DNA of 64,000 bases from Trichoplax sp. H2 (Eukaryota). Below, piece after piece: positions 40,401 through 54,913 of the stretch. The position numbers and the translations under genes were made by a program. The stretch spans positions 1 to 64,000 of the forward strand of contig NOWV01000173.1 of assembly GCA_003344405.1 (NCBI GenBank). Reading direction: 5' to 3'. The notes under the pieces were generated by a model that made no database searches, was not told where the DNA came from, and was given only the letters and a program-made list of their open reading frames with translations. The stretch's first letter is position 1; each line of letters begins with the position of its first letter.

Positions 40401-40589
40401 TAATTTATAGTAATTAACAGATGGTCTGATGTAAAGTAATTCAGTCTTCGTAATTATATTTTTTAGCTGGAATGACAGTCCATTTTCAATTGACTAGTGC
40501 GAAATTTTTACCTCGAAATGACAAAATTAACATGATTTTTATCCTAAAACAACACTGAAATTCATCCCCAACGTCTTTTCAAGCTAAAA

Positions 40590-43500
40590 ATGGCAAAATA
40601 CCTCAAGATATACCTTATTCTAGCTATTCTGGCCTTTAATCTTGTTGTTCATCTTGTCGTAGGACAAGGATTTATGAAAGAGTTTGGTTCCGCTACTAAT
40701 ACTATGTGTCCTAGAAACTGTATTTGTAACAATCTGAAAGTAACATGTCCAAGACTGGATGATGATCTACAAAATATACCAGCAAATACTAAATCAATGT
40801 AAGTAAAAGTAATCTTTAAAATAACCAATGTGTTCAACCAGTGATTCTCGAACGTAAGAAGTGTAAAATCAATTACAATCAGCCAATTATAGCCTCTAGT
40901 TACAATGTAGGCTACGGTATTCGATTAACATAAATAAGCATTTTTGTAGTTTAATAATGGTTCTATCTTTTGTAAAGCAAAATTATAAAGCTTTTCCTGT
41001 TTTATTTATTCTGGGAATAAGTTGAATATCATTCGCAAAAAGATAAAAGATTTGGACATAATATAATAATTGAATTACTATTGTCAGTTTTGGCGAGCAG
41101 TTAGAAAATTAATTATCGTAGACTACCATACCGTTATAGTGGAAAAAGCTAATTAATTATTGCATGCCAACAATAAACATTTGATACAGGATATGAAATT
41201 TATCTGATTGTCGTAACTGCTATCGACACAGTGTTCCCTGCATTGATACGATAATATGATATTTTAAAATTTGAGGACTCATCCTTAAATTTAACTAATT
41301 GAAGGAATATATCATATATTTTCTACGCTAATGGTGACAAACTGATCATCTGAAAGACTACGAAATAATTAGATATATATATGATTTTAGATACAGTATG
41401 ATAGTCCCTTCTTCATGTCAAAGTACTGTATTATCAAGAGATGATTGCCTATGTCAATTGATGCTATCTAATATTAATTTTGACTGAATTTTATTGATCG
41501 TACGCTTAGGTAGTACTGGGCAATTTTGTAACTGATATTAATCGTTACTAAATAATTATAAACCCGATTTAGCTAAACCATATCTGCGATAAATATGATT
41601 AAAGGTTACAATTACTTATTAAATGAGCCAATTACAAAAATTTTAATCGATGATAATTTTTATATATATTTTGAAAGAATTTTACAACAGGAGCTCGTTT
41701 GTGAAGATGTTCGCTTACAACGATTGATTAAGTTTGCCCAAAAAAGTCATATACAGCTAATTGGTAGATGTGTTCGATCAGACATCTCTAAAACATTTCT
41801 ACTTAAAGATTTAATCAATTTATCTACTAGCAACATAACTGCAAATCTAGGTAAGTCTGATAAATCTCTATCATATATTTCCGATTTGAAAAGTTATCTA
41901 CGAAATAATACTAGTTCTAGTAGCGTAAACTAGTCATAAGCAGAATTGCCTAGAAACGTTCAAAATTAATGATAACTATGAAATCTGTTTAAATATGGCT
42001 TCAGTGTATAATTTCAAGCAATAAAAGCTTCTATTGAATAAATAAAATACTGCCAATACTTGAAAGAAATAGAATTCTAGAGATTATATTTCTATTAAAT
42101 TTTTTATTAATCGCGGTACCATACAACCAATATTTAAATTGAAAATAGCTAATTAATTTGTTAGAGAAAGTCCAAAAATTTGCTTTGATCAATAAAAGTA
42201 CGACCATTTATCTTTCACGTTAAATACTATAAATTTATATTGATTACAGCAAGTAATTTGCAGCTAAGAACTAAAAGGGCGAGTTCATTCCACTCAAACT
42301 ATGGCTTATACTTACATAATGGACTGTCAAAGACAGAAGGAACAGTTATCGTAACGAGAGCTAATTTACTCCTGGAAGGAACGATCTGTGATCGCTACTG
42401 GACATTAACAGACGCTGACGTTATTTGTCGTCAGCTTGGTTTCCTAAGTGCAAGTTCAGCAAAAGGTACTAATATTATAAATTATAATTGTAAAATGATA
42501 TTTACTTCCATGTAAATAGTATAAGCGTTTAGAATTAATGATTATCATAGCCTAGCTCAATTATTTTATAAACTAATGATTAATACTATTACCGATTCTT
42601 GTTATATAGGTACTACTAATGGTACTACGTATAAAGCCGCAGTCATCACATCATTGTCGTGTAAAGGTGACGAAGAAATTATTGATCAGTGTAGTTTAAC
42701 CTGGATTCATCCTTATAGAACATGCTGGCAATCCATGGGTCCTGCAACAGTTAAATGCAAGACTGAAAACCATAATCTCAAGTGTATGTATTGTTTTGAC
42801 CTTAACAGTTTACACAGATTATTAAGTGATTATAGAATCAAATTAAAACATTACAGGATTCCATTATCATCACCACTAATGATGCATTAATATTTCACTT
42901 CAATAATTGTCTAGTTCCAGGCAATTCACCCGTTAATTGCGACTTTAGCTATGGCTTTTGTGGTTGGATGAAAAACGGAAACTGGCTATGGTCTTGGAAC
43001 GGAGGAAAAGGGCATGGTGGTTATGTAAAGTCAGGTACATTAATGATGCATGTATTGAAATAAATTCGCATTTTTTAAATAATGCAAACTGAATAATCAT
43101 TACTGATAGATTCATGAAAGTGTTTAGATACCTGGTCTGTATAGATTTGGCTAACAGTAATCTTGAAATTTCGATATTTGCAACGTAATAATGTAGGTAA
43201 GCCTTTCATCTTTCTGCACAAGTCACCAAAGGAAGTATATTTACTTCAAGGAACTCTAACAAGTCCAACACTGATAAGCTCATCGAGTGGCAAAAATATC
43301 TATGTTTGTTTGCAAGGAATTTTATTTGACACTCTATTAAATAGTTAAAGATATTGTAACTTCCGATTTGTACGCTTATACTACTCGTCGATGCTATTAA
43401 TAACCTTACATATGACGAACAAAACCTATTTTTTTCAGATCTCCTTTTCTGCCTCTAAATCTTACTATTTCCGCAGCATATTAGAGTTTCGGTACCGCTA

Positions 43501-45647
43501 TATAGACGAAAAGGCATATACAAGCATTAGTACCCAATTATCTAAAGTTGGCGGAACATGGGAAACTTATATTTCAACTGGTTTCAAAGCTAAAAAGGAA
43601 TTTAGGGTAAATAGAACAAAATTTGTCAGATTGACTAGATGTATATTTCTGAATCGATTAGCACCTAATTATTAAAATAGATATATGTTAGCACATACGT
43701 ATTTAATTACCGCAACTAAAATATTAAATAAACAGATGTAAATTTGTTATCAAAGTACACTAAAAACCGGTAAGAAGCTGGTTTACAAATTAGATAAATC
43801 CTAATTATTGGATGTACTCAAACATTTGGTACGACCACACAGTATATTTTATCTCATTCCATATAATAAGATTAGGTTGTGACATTCACGCAAATATAAA
43901 AAGTGTTTTTCATCTTAGTTTAATTTATTTATTTTCGAGTACTACTTTCAGATCTAAATGCTGCTGCAGCTCCTACGCTTCTACCAAATTCTGTTAAGTT
44001 TGTTCTGCTTCGTTGTTCGGCTATAACGATATTCATTTCCGTCGACATGCACTGCTAAGCAGTAACGAGTATCGTAATGTAATATCTGGTGAATATTCAG
44101 TAGTCTACCAGGAGTTACCGACAATTGCATGTATCAATATTAGTAAAGTTTCCTGTACTACAGTACTGATAGAAATTTATCTAATTTAATGACAATATTA
44201 ACGCATAGCTATACATTATTACGATAGACGCATGTATAATTATGAGTTTCGACTAGGTGGCTCTTTTTATCTAAAATAAACTTTACAGTAAATATTTTTT
44301 TCTAAATCTATAATGTAGTGCAAGTGTACATTGCGTCGTTATCAACAATGCTGAGTGGTAACTTTCAATGAGCTTACAGCTATAGATTTCTGTGAAGTAT
44401 TTCGTTAGTAGATGTACCACCCTAACCCTAACCCTAACCCTAACCCTAACCCTAACCCATTGACATCTTTACATTATTACACTACAGGAATTTGTATCCC
44501 GATATTATCAGCGGCAACGTTGTACAGGTCTTTAAATATTATAAGAACAGATGTACTGTACTACTACGCACTAGCGCTGTAAGATTAGCTATCACAAACC
44601 GATCCGAGCTGTATTCGGTTAAAATAGTAAAAGATTGCCGATATTAATGTTCATATGAAGCATATGAAAGATCATTACTTATACTGATAATAACAGATAG
44701 CTAAATTGCAACGATAAGTTCCTACATATTCAAGCAAAAGATTAAAAATAATTACATTAGTTTCACTTATAAAACCAAATATCTTTTATTATCTTTGGGA
44801 CCCTTGGCTTTTATACTTTTAATAAACAAACTGAATGAATTTCTCAGTTCTTTACAAACTTTAAAGTTGCAACGATCTACTGATGATATTCATTGAAAGT
44901 CTATAAAGATTTCTTTAAATATTAATCTAAGTAAATAGTGAAACGTTTTGAAAATTCTTTGGTAAAGCAGGAATGACTTCGAAAAATACTTTTGCTAACG
45001 CGTAATTTTACTCTAACTGTATGTTTAATAAATATAAAATAATAACACCATCTTAAATTAGCATAATTGACTCATTTCTAATATAGGTAGAGATTTATTG
45101 CGCAATGCCTAGATATGTGTCTGTGAATTATGGAAGTTTCGGCATGAGTAATTTGCAGGTTCATGGAGCGCAAGTTGCAATTAGTAAGATATTTGTTCTA
45201 GCTTTCTGCCTGATCGAAATTCAAAATGAAACTAAGCTTTATAATTCTTATTATGAACAATTTATTTCGTAGAAAACAACAGCGTAAAGCTAATCATAGC
45301 CTTATCCCTTCTGAGTATTATTCCTATTACACTGGTTGTCTACTTGCTGTATCGTCGACGCCAGAAATTAAATTCCAGAGCCAACCTAAATTTAGGATCA
45401 GATAATCTATCTAATGCAAGGTTCAGGTTTAATCATCCCCGAGGTGGGTATGAAATAGGCTATAATAGATTGCTGTAGGATTGCATGTTAATGTTCAAGT
45501 AATGTAAGAAATTGTTTACTACCTTTATAAAATGTCCATTAATCTTTCAATTTCGTTTCAGTGCGGCATTTTAATCTTCCTCCTGACTATAATGAAGTTA
45601 TATTAATGAGCCAGCAGCAATCTGAAAGCATTTCTACGCAGACTTAA
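40590..45647 (+). CDS. LRR-cap / SRCR / MAM-like type I membrane receptor with PPxY tail (paralogue 3, complete, 10 exons)
   Basis: Exons: 40590-40798 (SP; CPRNCICNNLKVTC..IPANTKS); 41678-41850 (ELVCEDVRL..GRC); 42250-42465 (RTKR; SRCR part 1); 42610-42783; 42915-43034 (CDFSYGFCGW); 43197-43303 (GTLTSP); 43439-43606; 45087-45183; 45273-45443 (TM LIIALSLLSIIPITLVVYLLY, RRR); 45562-45647 (NLPPDYNEVI..QT*). Intron phases are identical to paralogue 2. Confidence 0.88.
44420..44458. repeat. Interstitial telomeric repeat (CCCTAA)6.5
   Basis: Perfect ccctaa x6 plus ccc, in intron 7 of paralogue 3. Confidence 0.95.
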
Positions 45648-47229
45648 TTTAGCAATATAGCAATTCTCAGATTGTTTAAGTTATACTGTAGTTTAAATAT
45701 GCCTACGGAAAGCAAACCTAGTTCTGCTATTGTGATATGGAAACCACCATACTTTTGGATATTTCTGCAAATAGGCTTACGTAATATTAATAAAATCTAA
45801 TTATAAGAATTAAATTGTGAGACTATATGAGTGAAATTGGACGGTGTCACAAATTATAGCAAATATTTTCATGATCCATTCGCTTTATTTTGATATTGCT
45901 GTCAACGAAAATGATTGATATCGCTTTTATTGCAATAAATAGAATAAATGCATTTTATTTAATCACTCATTTCTATGTCAGTATATGCGATAACTTAAAA
46001 GAAAGATATATTAATTTTTGTTATAATTTACCAATCTTCTTTCTTTATGTTGAATATTCAAGTAGTGCTAAGCAAATGCTGTACTTAAAAGCAACAAGAA
46101 ATTCTAACAGTCTGGAAAATCTTTGTGTTTATCAGTTTAAGATACCGTATATTTCAATCATTAAAAATCATGTTGGATATCGACATTAAAAAGATGTTAT
46201 GCATGTGCTAAAAGTTGTTAAAAAGTTATAAATTGTAAAAATTTATGATTAAATTTTATTCTAATCCCTTGAAAGCAGCTGGATGCTAAATGACGAACAT
46301 ATGGTCATAAAGTAGAAATTTTGATCCATGATTATTGACCAAGTAATGCTATCTGTTATCTCATTCATTCCTGCGTATCTTTTTATTAAGGCTACATTTG
46401 AAGTTTAAGTGATAAGAATATATAAATATCAATTCTTGAAAGATATTTACAGTATTCACCGAGAATTGTTGTATTTAGCTCGATATGTTTAATTTATGAG
46501 TTGTTATTAGATATTTAAGCAATTATTGGAAGTGCAAAGCACTAAGTAAATAAATATTTTCATTAACTATAAGAGTATATTAATCATTCTTTCGCATATT
46601 TAGAAGAATATGTAACCATTATTTAGGATAAAAGGGCTTTGTATGGTGCTAGAAAAAATAAAGTAATATTAATAAAGAAGATTTGTTGGCCTACAGTATC
46701 GTAATATAAACAATGAACTTTTATTTTAACGGCTTTTATCGGAGTATTGCTCAATCATCAATGAATTAACCGATTAGCTGGACTGATTAACTAACTACTT
46801 TTGTACAGTTTCTTTTATACGATGATGACATACCTATGACTTTAATTATTTAACTCAATGTCTAATATTAACACCAAACTGCATATAGAGGTTAAAACTA
46901 CATTTCGGTAGTAACGATATCACGCACTCCTAATATTCCTGCTTACATCAGCTGTATAATCTTAACAATTTTTATCGCCTAATGTGATCGTTAGTTGATG
47001 TAATATCAGCTTTAAACTTGATCAGCGATCGATAATGATAAATAAAAAACATGAGCTGCGGTAAAATCTCACGTAAAGTAGTTCACCGACATATTGAAAA
47101 TTTTATTGATGATTTGTTTGACATCTTAGAGAACTTCCAGATTCATCTTCTTTGCCACTTCATATAAATTGAGCTAAATTTCCTGCAAAACTATAGATAA
47201 GAGGTATTAATTTATTTCGATTCTGGGAT

Positions 47230-47525
47230 CTTGAATTCCATGCTAATTGTAAACTTTCATTTGATTGGGGTAACAGTATGTCACACACCACTAGTGACAA
47301 AGTAGTCTACACACGCCAATCCTTGCGGAGAACGCCATTTACTAACTTAAAGAGGCGAGATTAGCTATATCACCAAATAATTCAGTTCCAACGACCGAAT
47401 ACTATGGTATAATTATAGCGTCACAGATATTCTTTGGAAATGATAAGAAGTCTACTGGTGACTTTAACTGTTCCAAGTCTGCAAGCTCTACTATTAGCTG
47501 ATGGCTAGGTGGATCTTATAGATGA
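47230..47525 (+). pseudogene. Decayed paralogue of the fibrinogen-related gene at 50300-51141
   Basis: 47430-47525 translates FFGNDKKSTGDFNCSKSASSTIS*WLGGSYR, versus YFGNYKGLTRSFSCSASANSSTNWWLGGPYVR in the intact gene (TGG>TGA). A weaker FHANCK vs VRATCN match lies near 47236. Confidence 0.75.
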
Positions 47526-50299
47526 TATAGGGAATTAATGATCAGAAGTATTTCTATGAGAAATGCTAGAAATCAGTAGTAATTTTGCTTTAGCTTTACA
47601 GCATTATTTGAAAGAAATGTATTTAAAAGAAATAACATAATTAGCTAATTACCTCGAGATTTATTAGCTGATAATAATATTATGAAAAGATGAGTGTCAC
47701 GGTACGAACTACCGTGAAGAAATAGTTATCTAAATTTGGTTAATATAATATAGTGATAATAATATATTACATCTAGTTCCTTACAATAGGAATTACTCTA
47801 ATTATAAATGTGTTACAGTAAATTTATTGCTGTGCTGTAATGTATGCTGAAATGATTCTGTGAATGGACATATTGTAGTCCGACTGTGAAAAACTAGTTA
47901 GTAGATGTTCTCACCCAAGTATTTTTATAAGATGACTTGTGAATGTTAGCTGCTGTAGAAGGGTATATAAGCCCGTCAGATAGTTGAATAAAGCAGTTCT
48001 CAATTGTCTAGTTGTTTTAATGTAGAATCAAAGGCGTCTAAATTCTTGTGAGGTAGTTAAGGGATACTGAATCCCGGAGACTATAGTAATTCCGAGATTT
48101 GTTTTACGTTATCCTTGTCACGAAGCTGGTTTGTGACCATGAGATTGAGATTGATGATGAGATCTATGAGATTGTTGATTATATTATAGCAATTAATCGT
48201 TTGAGAAGGATTATGCCATTGATGACTGGTGCTTCATATCAATTTTATTATGTCTCAATTTTACGCTCATAAAAAAATTATAAATAAATATTTACATCTA
48301 TTTATGCATTGGTTACTTCCATCTATTAAATTAAGATAAGGAAGCTTAAGGTATGGTAAGAAAACATAGTCTAACTTTTATATTTTAGTATAATTTTCTA
48401 AATTCATTAATAGGTACTTCTGATGGTGTTTCGTTGCTAAAATTTCCTCCAACACATGCTCAATGAGTAACCACTATAATCCTCAATCCATAGTTTATAC
48501 AATTAGCTCAAAATCTTTATATTGCACATATTTCACATCCATTATTCTTCGGACTAGAGAATATACCAATAGCCATTTATCAAAAACTATTTTGGTCGAC
48601 ATTCATAGAATTTCGTGCTGAAGACTCATTAAGAGAACTTGTTAGAAGTACCGGCGATCTCGAAATGAAGTTGGCATCAGCGACAAATTCAGTTGATAAA
48701 GTTTATTCTAAACAACTTTTGATAGAAATCCAACAATTGATTCTATGCAATGTGCATCCAGAGATTCAAATCAATATTGATATTAGTTAGCTTATTCTTG
48801 ATTCTTGGATTATAATATATAATATATATATTTCTAAAGTTTTATTTCGTGATATAAGTTTATAAATCAGAGTAATATTAAACCTTGCAATCATTTTAGT
48901 ACCTATATGAAATCATAAAATCAGTAGCAGGATAATTTGTGCAATCCCCTTCTAAATAACTTTTAATGGCTTCCATAGAAACTCAATTTATTGTTAGGAA
49001 TTAATTCTACAGAAAATCAACTTCCAATTCATTCCTGTTTTCAGGTTTACTATCCAACAACATTCGATATTTAGTGTCTTTATATAATTTACAGGCTCAT
49101 CGACTTGGTAAAAAATAATTAAAGTATGAAAGAAGGCAAATACTTATAAACTGAAGTTAACATTATTTCTGAACTCACAAAAGAGTTATCTTGCGTCGAC
49201 CAATCATAGTATCAAATAATAAAAGGAATAAATGATAATTTAAATTAGTTTTTAGAACTACAAATTATAAGATTTTGTACCTGATTAACTTTTCAATGAT
49301 ATCAGTTTTATTCTCCATAGAGGTATTGAGGTCCACCAGATCGCTAAGCTGACGGCTATATCAATTTCACCACAAACGCTTAATTATTTGTAACCTAGCC
49401 ACAACTAAACTAACTAGGCAAGAAAAACTTTTGCTATAGTTCAGTACAAACTCGTTTTATCAAATTACAGATTTTAGAACGATAATCCTTGAATACCGTC
49501 ATAAAATCATTAACCAGATTTAAGGAGCAGAATTTTCAGTAATACTACAAACAGAATTGGCCCTTATCGTATATATTGTCATGTTAAATTTAGCCTTTTT
49601 GTAATTTTTTGAATTAGATACTATAAATAGAGAAAATCTAGTTCCAAAACTAAATCTATTATTGATCAGAATTTTAGCGTAAAATTTGCTTTAGCAGATC
49701 GCTTTCTTTCAATTGAAACGTTAAACTCGTTTACTTATATCTTTGTGATCAAAAATATTAAAATATCTTAGCTACAACTTGTAGGACCTACTATAATAGC
49801 ATTAATAAGTTCTTAAAGGTCCTAAAACTAAAAATCTTTGGATATTGTTTAGTAAAGTTTGTAGCTCGTAGCATGTTAATTAATGGCAATTTTCCGAAGC
49901 TATCAAAGAATTGCTTTTTATTAAATCAATTGCTTCCTCATAGAGACGCCTAGAATTGGTAGTTCTCAGCACGCCATCTAACAAAGATTTTCCGTAAATT
50001 GTTAACAGTGTAAGTCAGTAATTCTGTCATATGTAGGATTATAATCGAATTATGGCCGTGCTATTCTTCTCATTGTAATATTCAGTCGCCAATTTTGCAC
50101 AGCGTCTTACCTTAAAATATGCTATAATGCCAAAAACTAGTCTAATATGAGCCAATTTTGATTACAATCTGCATTTATTCTCTCCTTAATAAAACCTTAG
50201 TCGTAAATTATCCTTGTCAGCTGCTTTGATTTATCCAGAGTTCTATTTTAACTAATCGACTCTAAATCAATTTGCCTTATATATAATAATTCAAATACT

Positions 50300-51141
50300 A
50301 TGGAAAGGGCTATTCTGTACCTACTAATAACCATACCAAATGTAAGTTAATGATATTGAACGTATGCTATGATTTCTGCAATAGCTCGAGAATATTTTAA
50401 ACGGTTTACATTTGCATATTGAATTTTACATATTTTATGTTATCACAGATTATGACACAGGTTAACATTAAACCTAAACCAAGATCGTGCATCGACATCA
50501 AAGAACGTGATCGAGATGCCAGGAATGGACTGTTTACAATTTACAACCAATTCAACAGCCCATTTACTACATACTGTGATTTCAATTCGGATCTAGGATT
50601 TGCTTGGACTTTAATAGAATCGATGACTTTAGCGGAATCTCTTACAGCAGATAATCAAATAGGTTTTGAACATGATTATCCTGCTAATGAATGTCAATTT
50701 AACTCATCTTTATTTCGCATATCTAAAAGCAGGATGGAATCTCTATACAGAGTATCCAGCTACGTTAGAGCTACATGTAATTTCAATTTTCTTTCGACTG
50801 TAGGAGACTACAGGGAATCTTTAAGATTTCTAAAGTGTAATAATGATGTCCTTTTATCAGGCAGTTCAGGTAGCTGTTTAACGGTAGACTATATAAGAAT
50901 GTCTAAATCATATTGCAAAAATTGTAAAGTTTACTTCAAAAGTGATAGGCGAAGTCATTTATCTATTACAAACAGAAGTTGTAACTCATCTAGTTTTCAT
51001 GGTTGGCCATCTAGAAGCACTCGAGTCCACTACTTTGGTAATTACAAAGGATTAACTCGCAGCTTTTCTTGTTCAGCGTCTGCTAATTCTTCAACTAATT
51101 GGTGGCTCGGAGGACCGTACGTAAGGGATAAAGAGTTTTAA
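50300..51141 (+). CDS. Secreted fibrinogen-related / intelectin-like Cys-rich protein (~244 aa)
   Basis: Exon 50300-50341 (MERAILYLLITIPN, gtaagt donor, phase 0) joins exon 50449-51141. PRSCIDIK..NGLFTIY..FTTYCDF..AWTLI is the N-terminal signature of fibrinogen C-terminal/intelectin domains. The protein ends STNWWLGG. Confidence 0.8.
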
Positions 51142-54100
51142 ATTGCTCTAAAATCCTTTGTAACACGCAAAAGTATACATTAAGTTTAGTGTTAACTTAA
51201 CGGCAATATCAAAATTTAATTAAAAATTACAGTATCGAACCAAGATTTATTACTTATTTCTAAATGTATTTTCGTAGTGGAAAATGTATCAAAGTTAGCA
51301 TTTGACTGAATTGATTATTAATTAAAATATAGAAATTAATCGTTTATCAGCAGTGATGTTCAGTAATTCAATCACTGATAATTCGCATAACTGTAGACTA
51401 GAATTAATTTCATCCGCTATAAAAGTATTTTTTTAAATGCCTAATTAATATTGAAGCATATAATCATCTACTTATATATGCATATACGGAGTTTAAAAAT
51501 TAAAATGTCTAATAATCTTTTGGATAAGTTTTGTGATTTATGTTCTACCATTGATAAGAGCCTATAGTAATTTGTCATTTCATTCTATCCGCCTGTCAAA
51601 TAATTCTTAGCAGATGTTACAGTAATCGTAACAAGTAAATATGGCGGCAACCACATATAATCAAAATAGTTTATTAGCTAGCTACGATATCGATTTAGTC
51701 TAAATTGTTGTACATAGATTCGCACCAGATTATTACAGTAACTTTGAATTAAATAGATTCACATAAAAGACATGTTCATAGCTTGAAACGCTGTAACAAA
51801 TGTTATAGTAATCTACTCTATTTGATTAATACTTTCATCTGAAGATATTATAAGATACTTTAATAATTATATATAATCAATGAATTAAATTTTTAAGGTA
51901 GTCTACTACTGAGGTAATTCTATATTTTAAAAAATTTTCAAATAAAAATATCACCTTGAATAATACAAATTTGTTCATGTTATGTCATAAATTATGGCAC
52001 TGCACAATGTTAGAAAATTTGATCTTAATTGCTTTTAATTAATATATGTTAGCATGTATGATAACAGTTGACTCCTTAAGCCAATTTTGCGTAGCTGGGC
52101 TGTCATGATCGAGCACATATATATGTTTATACGTTATATAAACATTGCCGCAAATTTTACGTTGCTTTCAGGATTTATTCATAGTATATTTTATAAAATC
52201 GATACTGTAAATCCACTATCTATAAATATTCATAAACGCAACATGAAGTTAAATACTACAAAAATTGTCATATTATACCAGCATATTTTATAGTGAATAA
52301 TGTCCTTACCTACAAAGTATTTGTGATTTTCCATCAAAATTAGACTTTAAACTACTGCAGATTTAAGCGTTGGTAATGAATTTACCTAGCCATCACCATT
52401 TCGACTAATACGTGAATGCGGCTAATATGTCAGTGAAAGTTATAGGTAAACCCAAGTGGGAGAAAATCTTATTTCTAAATTTAATTCGCTAGCAGTACGG
52501 AATGAGTCCATTAAATAAATTGAACAAAGGTTATAGAGATCAAAAAAGTCCGTATTTTGGGCTTTCTAACAATAAGTAGTGATTAGTCTATTCTTGAGAT
52601 AAGTATTTAGATTGATATTCATATTGGTAATTCTAAATTATTATTGTTTAAGATACTGAAGTTTGATATAATACTTTGTCGATTCTTTATGTAACTAATG
52701 AAATAAATTATAGTACGTAATTTTTCTTTCTTATAAGCCCTATAATACGAATTTTTCATTAAGATGTGATAGGTTGAATGCCTTGTTGGTCGTTATGTTT
52801 GCCCAACTTCTTAGTGGAAAAGATTTGTTAAATATTTTGATAACAGTTAGTATGCGAAATTATAAATGCATGCATCTGCCGTAATTTTAGGAAGATAATA
52901 GCAATAGTGAAGATTAGATTATTACATGACAGAAGCAAGTCAAGTACTTATATGTCTTCTTATTCTAACTTTAAAAATCAATCATAGTTGTGCAGATGCT
53001 AGCCAGTTGCAACTTTGGGAGCTGATCTTGCTAGTGTAATAAGTTCTCACAAATTCTTAAAAGTCTAAAATTGGAACTTATTAGAAGCGACAACAGTTTC
53101 ACAAATTTGCAACCTGCATGAAACCATCAGGTGTAATATCCACAAATCGAATTATTTAATTACCCTAGTAGATATTGTTGTTTGAATCTGAAACGCAATA
53201 AATTAAATTGCATTCTAATAGAATAGCAGTAGGCAAGTATAGCAGATGTTTGGTCGGATTATGGTATTTATTTTTATGAAAATAAATTAGTCCTTGTAAA
53301 TTACATTAATTTATAATTGTAGTCATTATAAGTATTAATTCGCATTATGAAGCTATATGTACTCACCTCATGATTTCGAACAGTACAAGAAAAGGGATAT
53401 AAGCAACATAAATAATGATAGCGTCCTGTGAATATATAATATTGAAGTATGTTAGCCTTTGTAATTTAATCATCCGTGGAATTATAACATAATTATCATT
53501 TCATTCTGAAATTTCTGAAAAGACATATGGTATTCTGAAATATAGATGTATTGATTGAACATCTTTGCAGTATCATAAAATGGTTTGGCATTTATTTAAA
53601 ATTGCAATTACTGAAGAGTTTTCATATTAATCTGATTTGCTTAGCATATCGTACTTACCAACAATGTCGCAAAATTTTCTCGGACTGTTAATTTAAACTT
53701 TTACTGAACTACTTGTTGCTTTTGCCTAAAGACAGTATTTAGGTTAGTAATTCTTGATTCAATTATGGCTTTCATTCCACCTTTAAAGGAAATCAAATTG
53801 ATGTAGCCTGAGTATTAGTAATGTTGCAAATATATAAAATCATTACAGTAGCCTTAACTTTTGCAGGTTTAAACGAAATAGTATCTCAAGCTTCATCAAA
53901 GGGAATGTGATAAACACGCAAGTTCTCCGAAAATCATAGTGAATTAAATTCTTAGGAGACAGATAAAAATGAGTACTACACAGGATACAATTGAAAATTA
54001 CTTTAAATTTTTGCATAAAATATAGTCATTTTGAAAAATTATGATAAAGAAAATGAAATATTCATTTAGTCTTTCATTCTGATGGTAATACAATTTCGTA

Positions 54101-54730
54101 AAACGTATTCAGACTTCATATTTATGACCTTCGGTAGTGATATTTATTAATAACGATGATATTAAAGTGGATAATTAAGGTAAATTGCGTAATGGGTTTC
54201 TAAAGTGAAAGTATGAGGTTCCGAAACGTACTAAAATTAATAATTAAAGGTTAACACCTCGATGCTATTTTATACTGCTATTCAACGCACATTAGCGTAT
54301 TCAAATACTTTTCCAGCTTCATCCTCAGCTTATATATGTTAATAAGCAATGCAAGCACTTCTATAGTTGGCTCTTATGTCAGTCATTTTTACAGATTTTA
54401 ACATCCTTTCTAATCTTCGATTCGCTCACACATAGTGATGATGACAGATATCAGCACAATTATATCAATAACGGAGGAGAGAAATTTGAAATTATAATGA
54501 AATTTAGTAAGATAATGGTGGAATTTTAGTGTAGCTCAGAATTCAGAAAGAATTAACAAGCGAATCTAATTGTTATATTTAGCAATCGTAAAATATTGTA
54601 GTAATACTTCATATGAGTCGGCAAATTGCTATTATACTGGAGTCAGCATAAACACGTCTACACAAAATTCGAACTATTACTTTCAATGTTACCGCGTAAC
54701 TAATTTCATCTTGTAATTTAAATTTATAAG

Positions 54731-54913
54731 ATTTCTTATGCTCAGTGGGTTCATGCGGCTATTATGGCGATTGTAAGATAGAGAAAAATTAACCAAGCTG
54801 TAGGCAAGTCTAATTACATACTGTCATTTGCCTTTATAAGATTTCCCTCGCTCAGCTGGTTACTACAGCCATCATGGTAATTGTAAGATAAAGAATAATC
54901 AGCTATACTGCAG
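54731..54913 (+). pseudogene. Two tandem decayed EGF-like exons (110-bp period)
   Basis: Each copy follows tttataag and ends ag/g(c/t)aagtc. They translate as FLCSVGSCGYYGDCKIEKN*PSC and FPRSAGYYSHHGNCKIKNNQLYC, which show EGF-like Cys spacing with a stop codon or lost Cys. Confidence 0.6.

Noticed and set aside
44420-44458. True chromosome end
   Set aside because: The tract is short and lies inside an intron of a gene that continues in frame on both sides.
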